Shown: in pieces, positions 1-14,151 of the stretch
Position numbering within the stretch: position 1 is the stretch's first letter
How the letters are laid out: the number at the start of each line of letters is the position of its first letter
From: Felis catus
Taxonomy: Eukaryota
Assembly: GCF_018350175.1 (NCBI RefSeq)
Contig: NC_058368.1
Location: forward strand, 154,816,001-154,880,000
Length of the DNA: 64,000 nt
Reading direction: 5' to 3'
Made by a program: the position numbers and the translations under genes
The notes under the pieces: generated by a model
What the model was told of the DNA's origin: nothing
What the model saw: only the letters and a program-made list of their open reading frames with translations
The model's database searches: none

Positions 1-69
1 TAACTAGTGCTTAGGAATAGTTTTTAAAAATATTAGTGGAATACAGTAGCAATTATAATAGTAATATTA

Positions 70-290
70 GTATTACCTGTTACATATTGAGTAGTTGCTA
101 TGTTCCATGTATGTATGACTTCATTTAATTGTTTTACCAACAACCTGAGTTTATATGTGTGATTTTTTTTTCCCCTATTTTACAAATGAAGAAACTGAGA
201 CTTAAGAAAACTTTGACTTAAATTGTCAGGATCCTATAGTTTGTAAGGGGAAGCGGTGGAGTTCTAACTGAATAACTACGGATCCTATGT
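70..290 (-). mobile_element. MIR SINE fragment
   Basis: MIR core in reverse orientation (cccctattttacaaatgaagaaactgagac); boundaries approximate. Confidence 0.65.
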
Positions 291-1399
291 TTTGATAAAA
301 AGTCATTCTACAGCATTTGATATATATCACCTTTAACTTCCCAAATATCACTTCAATTCTAGAAATGTGGACACTCTTTTAAACACACTTTCAAAGTAAT
401 ATGTGGAATGTTACATATGTAACAACTATGGAATAAAATCACGGCCTTGGAGTCAGATAATAATTATGGTACTAATTAGCTCGATGGCTTTCATATTCCT
501 GAAATACTGCTGTGAGTTGACAGAAAGTGCACTGAATACCTGTGTCAGTGTAGATATTCGTTAAGTGGTGGCCATCATTTTCTGGATTGGGTAATCTTCA
601 CATTAAAACTCAAGGGGCCATTTTAAAAAGTAGATGCATTCACTTATATTTATTAATCAGCGTACTCACATATTGTCCTTCAGAGAAAAAGAATGTATTA
701 GAATTCTGGATGTAGGAGGATCAGTCTTAGAGAGTAATTTTTTTTTATCTTAAAATAGGTGTCAATTTACCTTCAAATTAAACCGTACTTTTACTCTCTA
801 GTTGAGATGCTTAAATCCGAAGCCACAGCTCAAGACTATGGTTAGAGAAGCAGCTGGGAAAAATGACTAAGCCATGAGAAATATAGGGGTGCTCTTGGGG
901 TGCTAAGGTGGAAGGAGATGCAGTGAAACAGAGCTGAGGAAGTCAAGAAGGGACTTTGACACAATGATGTTATTAACGTGGATCATGAAAGAGTGGGAGG
1001 ATGACGTCAAATGTGAGGAGAAAAAGATTATGACCCATGTATTGAAGTCACCGAAGCAGATAAGGGTCACTGGAGTTGGTAGAGAAGAGCAATAAAGATC
1101 AAAAACAAACAAACAACAGTTTGCTGGGTCTTTGAAGGCGCTGAAAAGAAGTCTGTAAGCAGCAATAGGAAGCAAGGAGGATGCTAATTACCTAACCCAG
1201 GTAAACCTCAAAGGCCAGTTTTTCTGCTCTTGGATTCTCAAGTCATGCCAGAGAGAGCTCTGTAACAAAACAGCCGGTTCTGTCACACGCTCAGCAGAAA
1301 CCAGCCACTCACTGCCACTGTTCAATGCTCTAATTTGTCTCTAAATTGACTGAATTTGCACAAGGGTGTTTCATTCCCTAAAGAGCAGAGGCCCCCACC

Positions 1400-2400
1400 C
1401 CCAGTTATTTTCTGCAAATAATTTCACCTTCTACCTAAGCGAGATGAAAAACTAGTGGCGACGAGCTTCCTCAGTTCCTCTCGTTTCTCGTCACAAACCT
1501 CAGCTTCTCCCTCCATCTTCTCCTCTCTCCCTCCCAATGCAAGTAAAGCAATAACTTCAGGACTCCTGCAGTTCTAACCTCCTTCAACCCCTTCCACATC
1601 CTCTGAGAGCTTGTCCCCAGAGCGCATACCTTTTCTCTTCTCTCCCTTGCTCTCTCACTCTCGCTCTCCCTCTCTCTCCCCCTGCCCTAGGTCCTCAGAC
1701 TGTAAGACTGCAGACGTGCTAACATGTATGCTCCCATCACACTACCACCCTGCCCGTGTGCTCGTTGACTGCTAGGTTTCTCACAAGCTCTTTCTTGGAA
1801 GAGGAGCCTCCATTTCCTCACTTTTCCTTTTGCCATTTGCTCCACTGATCCACTGAACTGCTCTCTCAGACGTGTAATAATAATCTGCCAAATCGAAGAA
1901 ATTTCTCTTCCTTCCTCACCCTTAACTGCTCTGTGGAATCTTTTGCATCATTGCCCTCCTCCAGTGCCTTCCATGATGCTGTTCTCAGATTGCTCCTTCC
2001 TTAGGGGACTGCTTTTGGGCTTGTTATTTTGTATTCTGCTCCCTAAACAGAAGTTGTTTCCAAAGTTTCCGTCCTTGGTCCCTTGACCGAGTCTATGTTC
2101 TTTCCCTGGCTTTTGCTATCATTTCTAAGCAAATCTATATGTTCACCATTACCTCCCTCACAAGCTTTCTGTCACTTCAAAACTCCCCTCTGATCATCTC
2201 CACCAAGACATCGTACAAACAACACACACAGACTACGCACCCTTCTTGCCTCACCAAGGTCAACACTCTGGGCCTCTTGGATGCATAGCCCCTCTTCCTC
2301 ACTTTGGAGTAGGTATGAAATTCCACCTCCCTGAAATCTCAGACAATCACCTCTGTTTCTCTCAGCCACTCTTCTCACTATCTTTCATCTGGTAGCAGAC
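1400..2400 (+). mobile_element. Degenerate L2 LINE fragment(s)
   Basis: Pyrimidine-rich sequence with L2-like phrases (ccttccatgatgctgttctc, gtccttggtcccttg); very diverged, boundaries approximate. Confidence 0.4.
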
Positions 2401-2794
2401 AATAGTTTTTAAAGAATACCTTTAAAAGTTGGAATGCAAATTTGTAAGTTTGGAATCCTATGAATGGACGTAGGGTGGGCCAATTTTCAAAACGGGGGTT
2501 TCCTCACTCCAACATCTACTTGGAATTCCCTTCCAGTTTCTGACTCCAGCCACCATAAACAGCAAACTTTGGGAAGTATTGCAAAGTAGAGAACATTCTT
2601 GAGATTCCCAGGACCTTTTTGTTCTTTACCTTTTCATCAACATTCAGAGACTCTCTTAGATTTTATGTTACCTCCTGGCTTCCCAGAATCTCAGCACCAG
2701 GACTGCCCTCTCCATGCACTGTCCCTGGCTGCTTCTCTAGTCCTTTTTTAATTAAGTTAAAAGTTCTTTTCTTTTTCTTTTTCCTTTTTGCATC

Positions 2795-3055
2795 ATGGTA
2801 TCATAGAACGAGTTTGAGATTTTGAGCCAAAACGCACTAATATAAAATTCCACCTTTGCAAACTACTGACTCTGAGACTTTGGAGAAATAATATGTAATA
2901 TTGCTGTTTGGGTGTTTGTTCATTTGGTTTTATTTTGCAATCTGTGAAAAAGGATGATGACACCTACCTGAGGTAGGTAAGTAACACTAACCTCACCTAT
3001 TACCGAGGATCAAATGCAGTAAAATGTGTAAGGCACCTACCACATAAACCCTCAA
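2795..3055 (+). mobile_element. MIR SINE
   Basis: atctgtgaaaaaggatgatgacacctacct...gaggatcaaatg...aatgtgtaaggcacct matches the MIR core and 3' part. Confidence 0.55.
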
Positions 3056-3206
3056 GCTGATATATTCATGTCATATAATGTCTGGTACTAATTTATGGTG
3101 CCCTTTCTGAAGCAACAATATGGTCTTTCAGACAATACCTGAGTGAAGGTGTGTTTCTAGTGAACCCAGTTGTCAGGTAAGAAGGTTCTTCCTACCACAC
3201 TTCTAA

Positions 3207-3423
3207 ATTTTTTTTAATGTTTATTTATTTTTGAGAGAGAGAGAGAGAGTGAGTGAGCATGAGCAGGGGTGGGGCTGAGAGAGAGGGAGACACAGAATCT
3301 GAAGCAGGCTCCAGGCTCTGAGCTGTCAGCACAGGGTCCAACTTGAGGCTCGAACTCACAAACCATGAGATCATGACATGAGCCGCAGTTGACGCTTTAC
3401 CAACTAAGCCACCCAGGCACCCC
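3207..3423 (-). mobile_element. CanSINE (SINEC_Fc-type)
   Basis: Poly-T tail, (GA)n, gacacagaatctgaagcaggctccaggctctgagctgtcagc, ending agccacccaggcacccc. Confidence 0.95.
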
Positions 3424-4129
3424 CCTACCAGCCTTTTGAAAAACTCCTATTTTGCCTCCATCTTTATCATGCCCAGGACAAAACTGATAGCTTGTTGTTT
3501 TCAAATCTGCTTATGAAAAAGATTCAAAATGTCATTTTTCTAACCTCGCGAAATCAGGAGTGGAAGCAACTTTGAAAGAACGGCTATGGCAGTCAGGTTG
3601 CCTGAAAGCCGGAGGGGTGGGTTTTGGGTGAGAGGTGGCAATGCTGTCAGACAGATGGCAGGGGACAAACTGAGAGGCACAAAGGATGGGCTGGCAGCCT
3701 CAGGTACCCCTTTCCCTTAGCCAAGATTCAGGGAGATTTGGGGGTGTGAAGAGGAGTGAAAACCCAGGTGGACAGTCTTTCTTAACTAGCACTAATTAAT
3801 TAGTCTTGGCTGGAAAATTCCCACTTTGACATAAAAGAACACTGCAAATCATGCAGTGTTGTTTGTTTAAAGATCTGGGATTCGATTTGGCCATTACGCT
3901 GCAGTGGGCACTATGTTTGCCACTTTTTCATCTCAGCATTTTTGTTCGGAATGGGAGCATAGGATTCAGAATCTAGGAGCTTTTTACCATCAGTAAAATT
4001 CTCTGAGACTAATATCGATGTTTTGGAAACCCAGGTAAGTGACACTTGTGCAATTCTACCTTTATCACTTCCTATTTTTTTCTTCTTCAGTATCATGTTC
4101 AAAATGTGATCAAAAATAGCAGAGTCTCT

Positions 4130-4410
4130 GGCACGGTGGTTGGGACATGGGCTGGGAAGCCAGATGGCTGTCTAATACTCTACCACTTACCAGCCATATA
4201 ACCTTGGACATACCATTTAACTTCTTCCTGCTCTAGTTTGCTCATATATGAAATGGGAATACTAACACCAACTTCACAGGACTATGAATAAGATTAAACA
4301 CATTAATACAGCTAAAGTCCTTAAATCATGTCTGGCAAATAGTTTTGAGTTCGCTCTTAGGTTGGCACATAGTAAATGCTATACGTAAAAGTGTTAGCTA
4401 CTATTGCTGC
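4130..4410 (+). mobile_element. MIR SINE, near full length
   Basis: ccacttaccagcc...accttggac...tttgctcatatatgaaatgggaat...ggcacatagtaaatgct...gttagctact. Confidence 0.75.
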
Positions 4411-4734
4411 TAGAAGCTGTCAGAGTAAATTGCACACGCCATATTAGTACTTTAACAACAGTACACTGATCCATCGTCTCAGAAGAGCTCATTCAAGTGT
4501 GCCAGATAAATGTCTAAATACACTTACTCATCAAACCAAACATGAATTTACTCCGTAAGTTGAAAGGAAGCACAATGAAAACAAACATTTTATTTTTTAA
4601 CAGAAAATTGTTTAAGTTTTCGTAACTTGATATAGGATTAAAATAGCTTCTAAAAAAAGCGTTTGGCAGACTCTAATGTTGATCAAGTTCAGAAGTAATG
4701 TGAGAACAAAATAAAATGACTATTCAATGGAGTA

Positions 4735-4960
4735 TTGATTCATTCAATAAGCAATTACCATATGCCTTACCCTGTACCAAGGTTTGAAGAAGACACACAC
4801 ACAAAATAAGACCAGTTTCCTACCTTTTTGGAGTTAGAATCCAGTAAAAAAATGTTAGATAGATAAATAATTTTAAAATCACAGTAGTGAGCACAGTGAT
4901 AGTCAAGGACGCAATGATACGGGAACATACAGAAAGAAGTGATTTGTATATGAGGGGTGT
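4735..4960 (-). mobile_element. L2 3'-end fragment
   Basis: attcattcaataagc start and cctacctttttggagttagaatccagt are typical of a reversed L2 tail. Confidence 0.5.
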
Positions 4961-5949
4961 ATGGTGATGCTTTGGGGTTGGCTGCTAGAAAGCAAACATT
5001 CGTCCCTACCCTTAATTGGGATATCTGTTCATAGAGAAATTAGAAACTCATGACTTCAATATTCTTTCATTCTTACACTTAAACGTTTTTCAGTCAAGCC
5101 TGAGGAAAAAAAATATATAATAACAAGCATATAGGCTTGATCCCAAGATACAGAGCTTTCAAAGTCTTCAAATTTAGTAGGAAAAATTAATTATACCAAG
5201 GAATATTAGTTCATTATATTAATGCAACATTGTAGTTAATATTTTGAATGTCTAGGGGAAAAAAATTGTAAAACTTTACCGGCACACCATAGGCAGACCT
5301 TTGGGACAATGATATGAGAATGTTTTCCTTGGTTCTTATGTTCTCCCTGAACTAATGTGATCTGTCAGGGCCCTATGTACTAATTAGTGCCATAGAAATA
5401 CACAAGTGTTTCAGCAAGATAGGAAGATAGCTCATTCCTGAGAACTGTTCTCACGGGAACAAGTCACTCAAACCCCTTCATACAGCCATTTATATCCTCC
5501 CTGGTCAAGTGAGAAGTGAGGAAGCAGAGATGGCTTCCTGGTCTCATTCAATATATTGTCCAATCATGCTGAATCAGTTCTCTTCTTCAAATGAAAATCT
5601 GTAAGAAAAGAAGTTCAAAAACTGTAATACTACTTGAGTAGAACTAAGTGGATTTTTAGAATGTATAAATACCCTTTAAAATTTTCTTACACTCGGCAAG
5701 ATGCAAAACTCCAAGTGTTTGTTAAAATAGCAGGTTTCAAAATACAACTTCAAGACATAAACTACCAGAAGACATAAGTACTTTCAGTGAGGCTCAGCTT
5801 TTTGGTCATCATCAGGTCTCAAACTCTGACACTTCTACACTAAGCGTGAGCTTGGGAACTTAGGGAGATAGAATCCTGGGTGCTCAATCACAGGAAATTT
5901 TGAGTCACACCCTGTGGTAATTGGCTCACCCTTAAACTAACTTTGGGAC

Positions 5950-7240
5950 CATAACTCAAATTATAGTTATCATAATTAAAATAGTCAGCGACCTGCCACA
6001 GCCAGTAAAGAAACATAATGCAAAGAGAAATCCCATCCATAATAACAAAAATATAAAACACAAAGGAAGAAATTTGACAAGAAGTGGGCAAGACCTAAAT
6101 AAGAAAAACTGTAAAATGGCATATATATATGATATATATATATATATAAGATATATGCATTAAATATATATGTATTTGTATATATATTTGCAATATATAC
6201 ATTTTCATTATATGTTTGAAATATATACTTATATGCATTAAATATATATTTATATATTAAGTATATATATTAAATATATATATTTTTTTAAATAAAGATT
6301 TGAGAACCAAAGAACCTTATCATCCTCTGAGCACATTAGCTAAGGCATCATCCTTCTCTATACTACTACCCCTATTTCTATCTAAAAGATCAAATGCAAG
6401 AAAAAATCTTTGTCTGAAACAATAAACTGTCTTGTTTCTTTGTTTGCTTCTTTTATGTATTGGATACTAAAATAAGCTTGTGAAAGCAAATAATTTGTCT
6501 CTCATGTGTACTCATGTCTGGCACACTCATAAGAATCTTTAATATGTAAAGAGTTTTTATTAACCCAATACATAGGATGAACTCTTGTGCAGAAAAATAA
6601 TTAAAAGCATTAAGATATAAATAATAAATAAAATTGCTAAGAAGTGAAAACAGTTAAACTTCAGTAAATAGTCAAAGTATAAATTGAAAATGCATGGAAT
6701 AGCATTTTGACCTCCAGTTTTTATGAATAATTTGGTAACACATATCAAATGAATTTTAATTTTGTATTTCCTTTGAGCCACTAATTCTACTTCTTAGGAA
6801 AGAATAGGAGATTTACCAAAAGAAGAGTATGTATAAGGATCTCCAATACAGAATTCTTTCTGATGCTAAAATGGAAAAACCACTTACATAACCACAAACG
6901 GGCTAATGGGTAAATAAGTCATGCTATGGCCATGTCAAGTAAAAATATGAAGCATTTAAACAATGTTTTCAAAGAATATGAAAAGCTTTGGAAAATACAC
7001 ATAAAATTGATGACAGAAAAATCCCCCAAACAGAATGCAATACTGTCTATATAGTATTATCTTAATTTGGAAGTATGTACCTGTGTAAAAATATATATAT
7101 AAAAAATTGGGGGGGGGGGGCACACACAAATTAGCAATGACTTTTAAGGGTGCTTTAAATTTTGTTTCCCTTCATATGCTTTTCTTTATAGTTCTTAAGG
7201 TCTACAGTAAAAATGACATTAATTTTAAAAGTCAAGTTAT
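5950..7240 (+). mobile_element. Old L1 (L1ME/MC-like) fragments
   Basis: aatttggtaacacatatcaaa...ctttgagccactaattctacttcttaggaa...gggtaaataagtcatgcta resembles an old L1 3' region. Confidence 0.5.
6120..6282. repeat. (TA)n-rich microsatellite
   Basis: Interrupted TA repeats seen directly. Confidence 0.9.
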
Positions 7241-8507
7241 TTTTTAATTGCCAACTGGCTTATTTAAAAATACAACCCAGAACTTTAGCTATTAAGACTA
7301 CAGAGGACGTATAAAATGGAATGTTGTCTGATAAGTGTAGTATAATTGTTTCATTAGAGAAAATGCTCATATTTCTACCTACCTTTTAGGTTGAACCACA
7401 TAATTTTTTTATATTGTTTTCTTTCTTTTCCTTTTTTTGGAACATTATGGTAGCCAATTTAATTTTATCATAGGTTAAAATGCAAGTATTTTATTAGTAT
7501 GCTTTCTTACTGTGGGCCCAAATTCTTGCTTTTGAAGGAAACAGTAAACTATGATCCATGAACATGGATGGTAACTGAATGCTTGATTAGTCACATTAGA
7601 GATGTTACATTTCCTCAGCACAGAATCCAGATACTATCTTTCTTGATGTAAAATATATCCACTCTCAGGTTCTTGATGATAACAAAAGCATCATCCTTGA
7701 GCACTTAGAACACAAAAAAAGCTCAGAAGAATTTATTTCTTATGCCATAGACAGTTTTTTTATCACTCTTACTAGACCAACCTAGATATTGTTTTAAATG
7801 TGGATTCAATTAGATAAGTCGCACATCAATAGAAAATTTACTTATCCTGTTTTAATACCTCACAGGCAGTTTAACCACCAAATTATAGACTTCCTTCCAA
7901 ATGTCAATGTCAATGCCGATTCTCATCTGAATTCAGTATAAAAGGCACAGTTCTTGCCACATTCACTTCACTCTACATAGCCATGCTTGGATCACGATGG
8001 TCTTCTCCAATCCGTCTGTGGCAGCTGCTGGGATAAACCAAGATTTTTAAACATAAAACAACCCCATCTAGTAGAACCCAGGTTAAACCCACTTCTAATC
8101 ACACAGGGCTTATGTTGTTCACCAAGTCTCAGATAACATATGTAAGATCATCCACTGGTTGGAAACCACAATTCTGAGATAATTTGAACTGTGCTATACA
8201 AATTTAAACACAAGGAATTTGAAGGCAGCAATTTTTCTCTGGACCATTTTGAGATAACTCACTTTCTCTTCCTGCCAGAATCCTAGGATCACCACAACAA
8301 CCTTAAAATTGACTTCAACAGAGTCATCTTTTCAGTCACAGTGCCTGGTGTCTGAAGAAATAAACTCCTATTCCATGGATTTATATATATTTTTTCTTTT
8401 CATTTCATCAAAATAATAACAAAGGCAGATTCATCAGTGAAACTTTTCTCTAGAATGCTGGTGGCCCAAGTTATACAAAGCCTACTGATGGTGGAAGTCA
8501 TCCCAAG

Positions 8508-9060
8508 TGTACAGGGTCCCAAACTGGTTCTTCTAGAGGGTGAAACATAAGGCAAGGATTAAGATGCTAACATGTTTTGGGAGGTGCTAGCCCTGGTGGT
8601 GAAGGTAACAGGAAAAGTGAAGCAGAGCAAAGCAAAACAAGGTGGAATCAGGGCACACGATGTGTTCCCACACTGGTTTCTGCTAAACGATGAGCCACAG
8701 AGATGGCAGATTGACTGAACTTTGTGTTATTTGGCACTCAGAACTTGTTTGCAAGATTTGCAAGAAGAAAGCAAGCCTTTGAGGAGTCACTGGAGAAGAC
8801 AAAGACAGGGAAAGGAATTTATGTGCTCAACACCTTCCAGTCTCCCTTTCCTTTCGGTCAAAGGTCACATCACAAATAGCCAACTCCTCAGATTCCAGGT
8901 TGCATCTTATAGCCTTCCGGTGACCACACGGGAAGCCATGTAGTGAGGATTTTCATCTAAGTCAGAAAGTGGAGGAGAAAACAACACAGGAAAAACTCAT
9001 TAATAAGGAAAAAGAAGGAACATGTAGCAATCTGAAAAGTGATCTGAGATTTGTGCCTCC
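8508..9060 (-). mobile_element. Old ERVL LTR (LTR16-like)
   Basis: Start tgtacagggtcccaaactggttcttctagagggtgaaacataaggcaaggatt resembles the LTR16 terminus; diverged. Confidence 0.4.
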
Positions 9061-9589
9061 AAAGACAGTGTCGTCTCTAATTTTCTGACATGCACAAACT
9101 ATAAGATTTCATGTTTAAGTATTTGCATTCCAAAACTGAATTATTCTTTGTGTTAACTGTATTAGAAATAAAGGAATTTAATATTGATAGGAAATAGAAT
9201 ATAAATCAAATATCTTAATTGAGTAATAGTTAATAACTTAATTAAATCCCATATCTAAAAAATAAATAAATTATATCAGTAAACAATAATATTTTCATTT
9301 TTGAATAAAAAAATATAAAAGTGTTCAAAAATACTTTTTAAAGAAACTATAGAGAATCCATAAATTTCTATGAATCCTTTTACCTAAAATTATATTGTTC
9401 ATGTCAAAATATAATTTTAAAGTGAGATTTGAATTTTATAAAATAAAATATATTGAAATTGGAATTATTGATGTGCTCTGTTATGTCACCTTTATTAATA
9501 CTATAAGTAGTAATCAGGAAAAATCATTGTATCGTATCAATAAAATAAATCACTTTCTATTTTGTGCCTGTCAATTGTAATAGCAATAC

Positions 9590-10130
9590 AATGTTAGTTT
9601 AATAGAATTTGGACATTTTAGAAGGTATAAATAAAGCAATATAGTCATTAATCCATACTCTAACCAATTAAAACTTGCTAATATTTCATTTCAATCTTTT
9701 TATTTAGGCATACATATTTTACATCATCATAATATTTAAGTTGGTATTAAAATCCATGTATAATTTTGCATCTTTCTTTTTCACTTATCATTATATGTTA
9801 GATATTATATTACATGCTAAGAATTTGCTCATATATTCATCTCTGAAAATAAAAATTTAAAGGGCTACATAATCTCTCTCCATTATACTGATATTCATAA
9901 TGTTCTGAAGCATTCTCTTATTAGATACAAATTTTTTCTGTTTTTATTATTAGAACTAATATTATAATGCACACTACTGTCTGAATTTTGATTATTTTCT
10001 AGAGATCAACTCATAGAAAGATAAAAAGCCAAAGAAAATTCATTCTGAGAGATTTATTAATCTATGTTGCCATGCTTTTTCCCAGAAATATTTTTTGGAT
10101 TTGAACTCCTATCAGCACTGTATGAAAATG
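9590..10130 (-). mobile_element. Old L1 3' fragment
   Basis: ttttttcacttatcattatatg...ttttattattag...ttcccagaaa...ctcctatcagcactgtatgaaaatgcc. Confidence 0.5.
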
Positions 10131-13100
10131 CCTCAGTGAAAAGGCAGGTCCCACAAATTTTCCTGTGACACTTAACAGAATAAAAGTCCAGTTAATGAAA
10201 TATCACCTAACTCTAAATTTCCAGGCAAATTTAAGTTTTTCCCCAATCCACTAAAATCCCGGGAAGAGAAGGAAGAGTGAACTGAAAGGTTTCTGGCTCT
10301 CCCTTTCATGGGGAGTGTTGTGGCTTTCTAGAAGCCTCTTCCAGTTAGCTGCCCTACAACCCTCCCTTCAGCACCTCTGTTAGTGGTAGTTCAGCCTCTG
10401 CAGTAACCCTGTGCCCCATAAGTGGTTCTGTTAAATGGCGGAATCCCTTGTGAGAAGACTCAGGGAAGGCTTCCTTCCTCAAGGCTCCCACTGACCCTTT
10501 GCACCACATGCAGCTGCAGCTGACTGTCTGCTGGACCCCTCTCTATTGCTGTGCTGTTTGCAGAGTGCTCCCTAAGGAGGGCAGTGGCCAGGCCCTATGG
10601 CCCTCAGATTCCAGGCAACTGTAAAAGTCTTCAAACACTTCTCTGGAAGGCAAACTTCACTTGAAAGGAGGTAAGAGAAAATACCATAAAGCAGTGGGGT
10701 CGGTGGGGGGTGGATTGTAGGAGCAAATAGTCCTTTTTATTTTTTCTCTTTCATGTCCTAGAGATGTGCGATGGGCTAAAGCTTGCAGAACCAGTTTCAT
10801 AATCTTTTGGCATGTGCTACAGATATAGCATAGCAACTTTTGATGGGTTATGAAAGGTTTTGGTGCATATGGAATTGAGACTTCTGCTTAGATTCCCAGA
10901 CAACAGAAAGCATAACATTTAACATTATCCTAGATACATGAATAGTATTTATTTATATGTACATGATACTCCCGTACCTCTACATTTACGTATGAACATA
11001 TTCAGAGTTTGGTATTGTATCAAAACAGATACATTTGGAGAGCGCGACAGATGAAAAGGACAGAGAAAAGGTGTCTAACTAAACGCCTACAGTATTTAAA
11101 GCCTAGGACACAACTTGGGATGGAATTAAATCCTCAATTTTAACTTTTGCATGTATTAAGTATAAGGTTTTGAAAGTTTATTCCTAGTATCTCTATCTGT
11201 AGCTACAACTCTCACTCATCATCTAGGACCTATCTGAAGATGTTAACAACCCCATGAAGCTGTTCCTCTGGTCTCAGTTCTGATGAAGTGCAATACCACT
11301 TTTTAAGGATACATCTTTAGATACTGATTAAAGTTACAAAACTAGTATGAGAAATCTTGAGGAAGCGTCATCTACTAAAATTTCTCTCAAGCTGCGGATG
11401 AATCCAGCTCAGATATCTAATTTTTTAAAGTCAAGAGAAGTATTTCCATGAGGGTCCAGTTCCTATAAGAAAATATCAGCGCAGGGACATTCTGAAGGTT
11501 TGTATCTGACCTTTCTTTGGTTTTAATCACTGAAGTTCTCGACAGCTTAATAAGTTGAAGGTGCTGGGTCACCGTCTAACTTAATAAGGCCCGCCACTGA
11601 GACTTGATCACCTCTGATTGCTCCCATAAGTCTTAACACATCTGGTACACTGTCCTTGGGTGAGAAATGTTTTCCATAACTTTCCTCTTGTTCACTACCC
11701 TGCATATAAATTGTTTTTATTAACCTGAGAACGATACAGCACTGTATATTTGTGTGAGCTTTTGCCATTTTCAGCTTTATCCTACAGAAAGAGAGTTGAT
11801 TGTTTTCTCCAAAATGGAATTAAACACTGTTTATCACCAATGTCTTCTTTTCTATTTTTCTACCCTTATTTAATATGGGTCAAACTAACCTTCAGTTTGA
11901 CATGAGATTAAAGAACTAAACATTGTAACTAGACTCTTTGAGACAATTTACAACATGCCATAGTTGTAGGAAGAAAGAGCCAGATAAAAACAATACACCA
12001 CTTCTAATGATTATTTCATAGGACAACATACACAGATGTAAATATCTAGGACTAATCAGTCATATATGGAAATATATGTAGCTGGATGATTGGCACATTC
12101 CTTTGTCCAGAATGACAAATAAATTGATAGACAACCTATTCTGTTTTATTTCAGTCTATTTTACAAATCTAATGAAAGTCGTATTTCTGCTCTCTTTACA
12201 ATTTCCCATATGGATAATAGTAACATGAAAGTTGATCCAGATGGATAAACCTACAGTTTTATAGTATGGCATTATGTCTGTATCTTCCACCTTAACCTTA
12301 GTCATGGAGAATGCTTCTTAGGGCCATTACAGTTACATGAAGAAAATTGAGCGTCTTTATAAAGAAAGTGGACCAAAGACAACATGACTGTATTTTCACT
12401 AGGAAAATTCTGCAGGTAGAAATAGTTTGTGCTGGAATATATCCTATCTCCATGAAAACCAAAATATTTGCATACTGAAGGCATCAGCCATCCCATCTTG
12501 GACACTTATCTTCTGATTTAATGTGATTTAATCCTGTCTAACCTGAAGTCAAACACAAATACCACATTTTTCACATAGTATTGCATCAAAAATATGAAAA
12601 AGGAAAAATATGAAAAAGCTAGATAGTGTCAGAAAACAGCCAGCTAGTTATTCTATAACACACAAGGTAAATACCAGTCTGGTTGTAATTCGGTCCTCTC
12701 CATGATACAGAAGTTAGAATTTCTCCTGAATCAAGCTAATAGCAGTTTTGGAAGCAGTTAAAGCAACGTCTTAGTTGTGTTATTTTTAATTTGCATATTG
12801 AAATGTTGAATTAAAAGCTAAGTGCTCCCCTCTGTCATATGTCACTAATGTAAATCGCTACACGAAACAATGGTTTTGTCATGTCACTTCAGCCTTAGTC
12901 AGACGAAACTATTACATTCTTTCTTCAATTACCTACTATAATTCGCTCATTCACTCAAAGGCTGGGGGCCCAGGCTTTTGGTTGTGGTTGTTTACCTTTT
13001 ATTACTAAGCCACTCTTCCAGAATTTCCTTTAACTTCACATCATACAACTCGTTTGTAAAGCTTCATGTGATTCCAATGTAAGATGCTTAAATTAAGATT

Positions 13101-13213
13101 TTAAACAGCTTTATCTGCTCACATGAATTTATCTACCATACACATGTACATGCAGATATCAAAAAAAATCTACCTGCCGTTCCTCACTATCTCTCTCATT
13201 CAGGCAACTTCTC

Positions 13214-13434
13214 AGGCACCTGGGTGGCTCAGTCATTTAAGCGTCCAACTTTGGTTCAGGTCATGATCTCACAGTTCGTGAGTTCAAGCCTCGTGTCAGG
13301 CTTTGTGCTAACAGCTCAGAGCCTAGAGCCTGCTTTGGATTCTGTGTCTCCTTTCCTCTCTGTTCCTCTCCTGCTTGTGCTCTCTCTCTCTTTCTCTCAA
13401 AAATAAAGACTAAAAAAAGAAAAAAAAATTAAAA
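13214..13434 (+). mobile_element. CanSINE (SINEC_Fc-type)
   Basis: ggcacctgggtggctcagtc head, (CT)n, A-tail; TSD aggcaacttct (13202) / aggcaatttct (13435). Confidence 0.95.
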
Positions 13435-13864
13435 AGGCAATTTCTTATAGTTCTTCCCTATGCCCTATAAGATCATATTCTCTCACATTTCTGTGAGCTG
13501 ATCATTTAGCTATCTAAGCATTTGCACACCTAATCATTTACTTTGTATTTTATATAGCACTTCCCACACCTGCACACCTTGTGAATCTACCTTTTGTCAA
13601 ACTTTGAGGAAGCCCCACTGGGATATTCACAGCATCCTAAGGTTCTAATTTGCAATCATACTTGTATAAGGATCAGGCCTCAAAGAGGCTCAAGACCTTC
13701 TATTCCATCTCTCACATTTGCAGCTAAGGAAAACACTCTAGGTGGCAAAGACAGGATTAAAACACCAATGAGTAGATTTCAAGTTCACAGCTCTTGCTGC
13801 AACAGCTTGCATTTACAACCCATAAGAACTGCTGTAAGTTAGTCCTCAGCAAATTAGCAGTCTT

Positions 13865-14107
13865 TTTTTATTTTAAATTTTTTAAAACATTTATTTATTT
13901 ATTTTTGAGAGACAGAGAGACAGAGAGAGAGCGAGAGAGTGTGAGCAGGGGAGGGGCAGAGAGAGAGGAAGACACAGAATCCAAAGGCAGGCTCCAGGCT
14001 CTGAGCTGTCAGCACAGAGCCCAATGTGAGGCTCAAACTCACAAACTGTGAGATCATGACCTGAGCCGAAGTTGAACATTTAACTGACTGAGCCATCCAG
14101 GTGCCCC
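13865..14107 (-). mobile_element. CanSINE (SINEC_Fc-type)
   Basis: Full body; perfect 16-bp TSD gcaaattagcagtctt at 13849 and 14110. Confidence 0.95.
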
Positions 14108-14151
14108 ATGCAAATTAGCAGTCTTAAAAATGTTAGTACTCTCTACACTAC

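Noticed and set aside
13214..13300. tRNA-like A/B-box sequences here and at other SINE heads
   Set aside because: tRNA-derived CanSINE heads, not tRNA genes.
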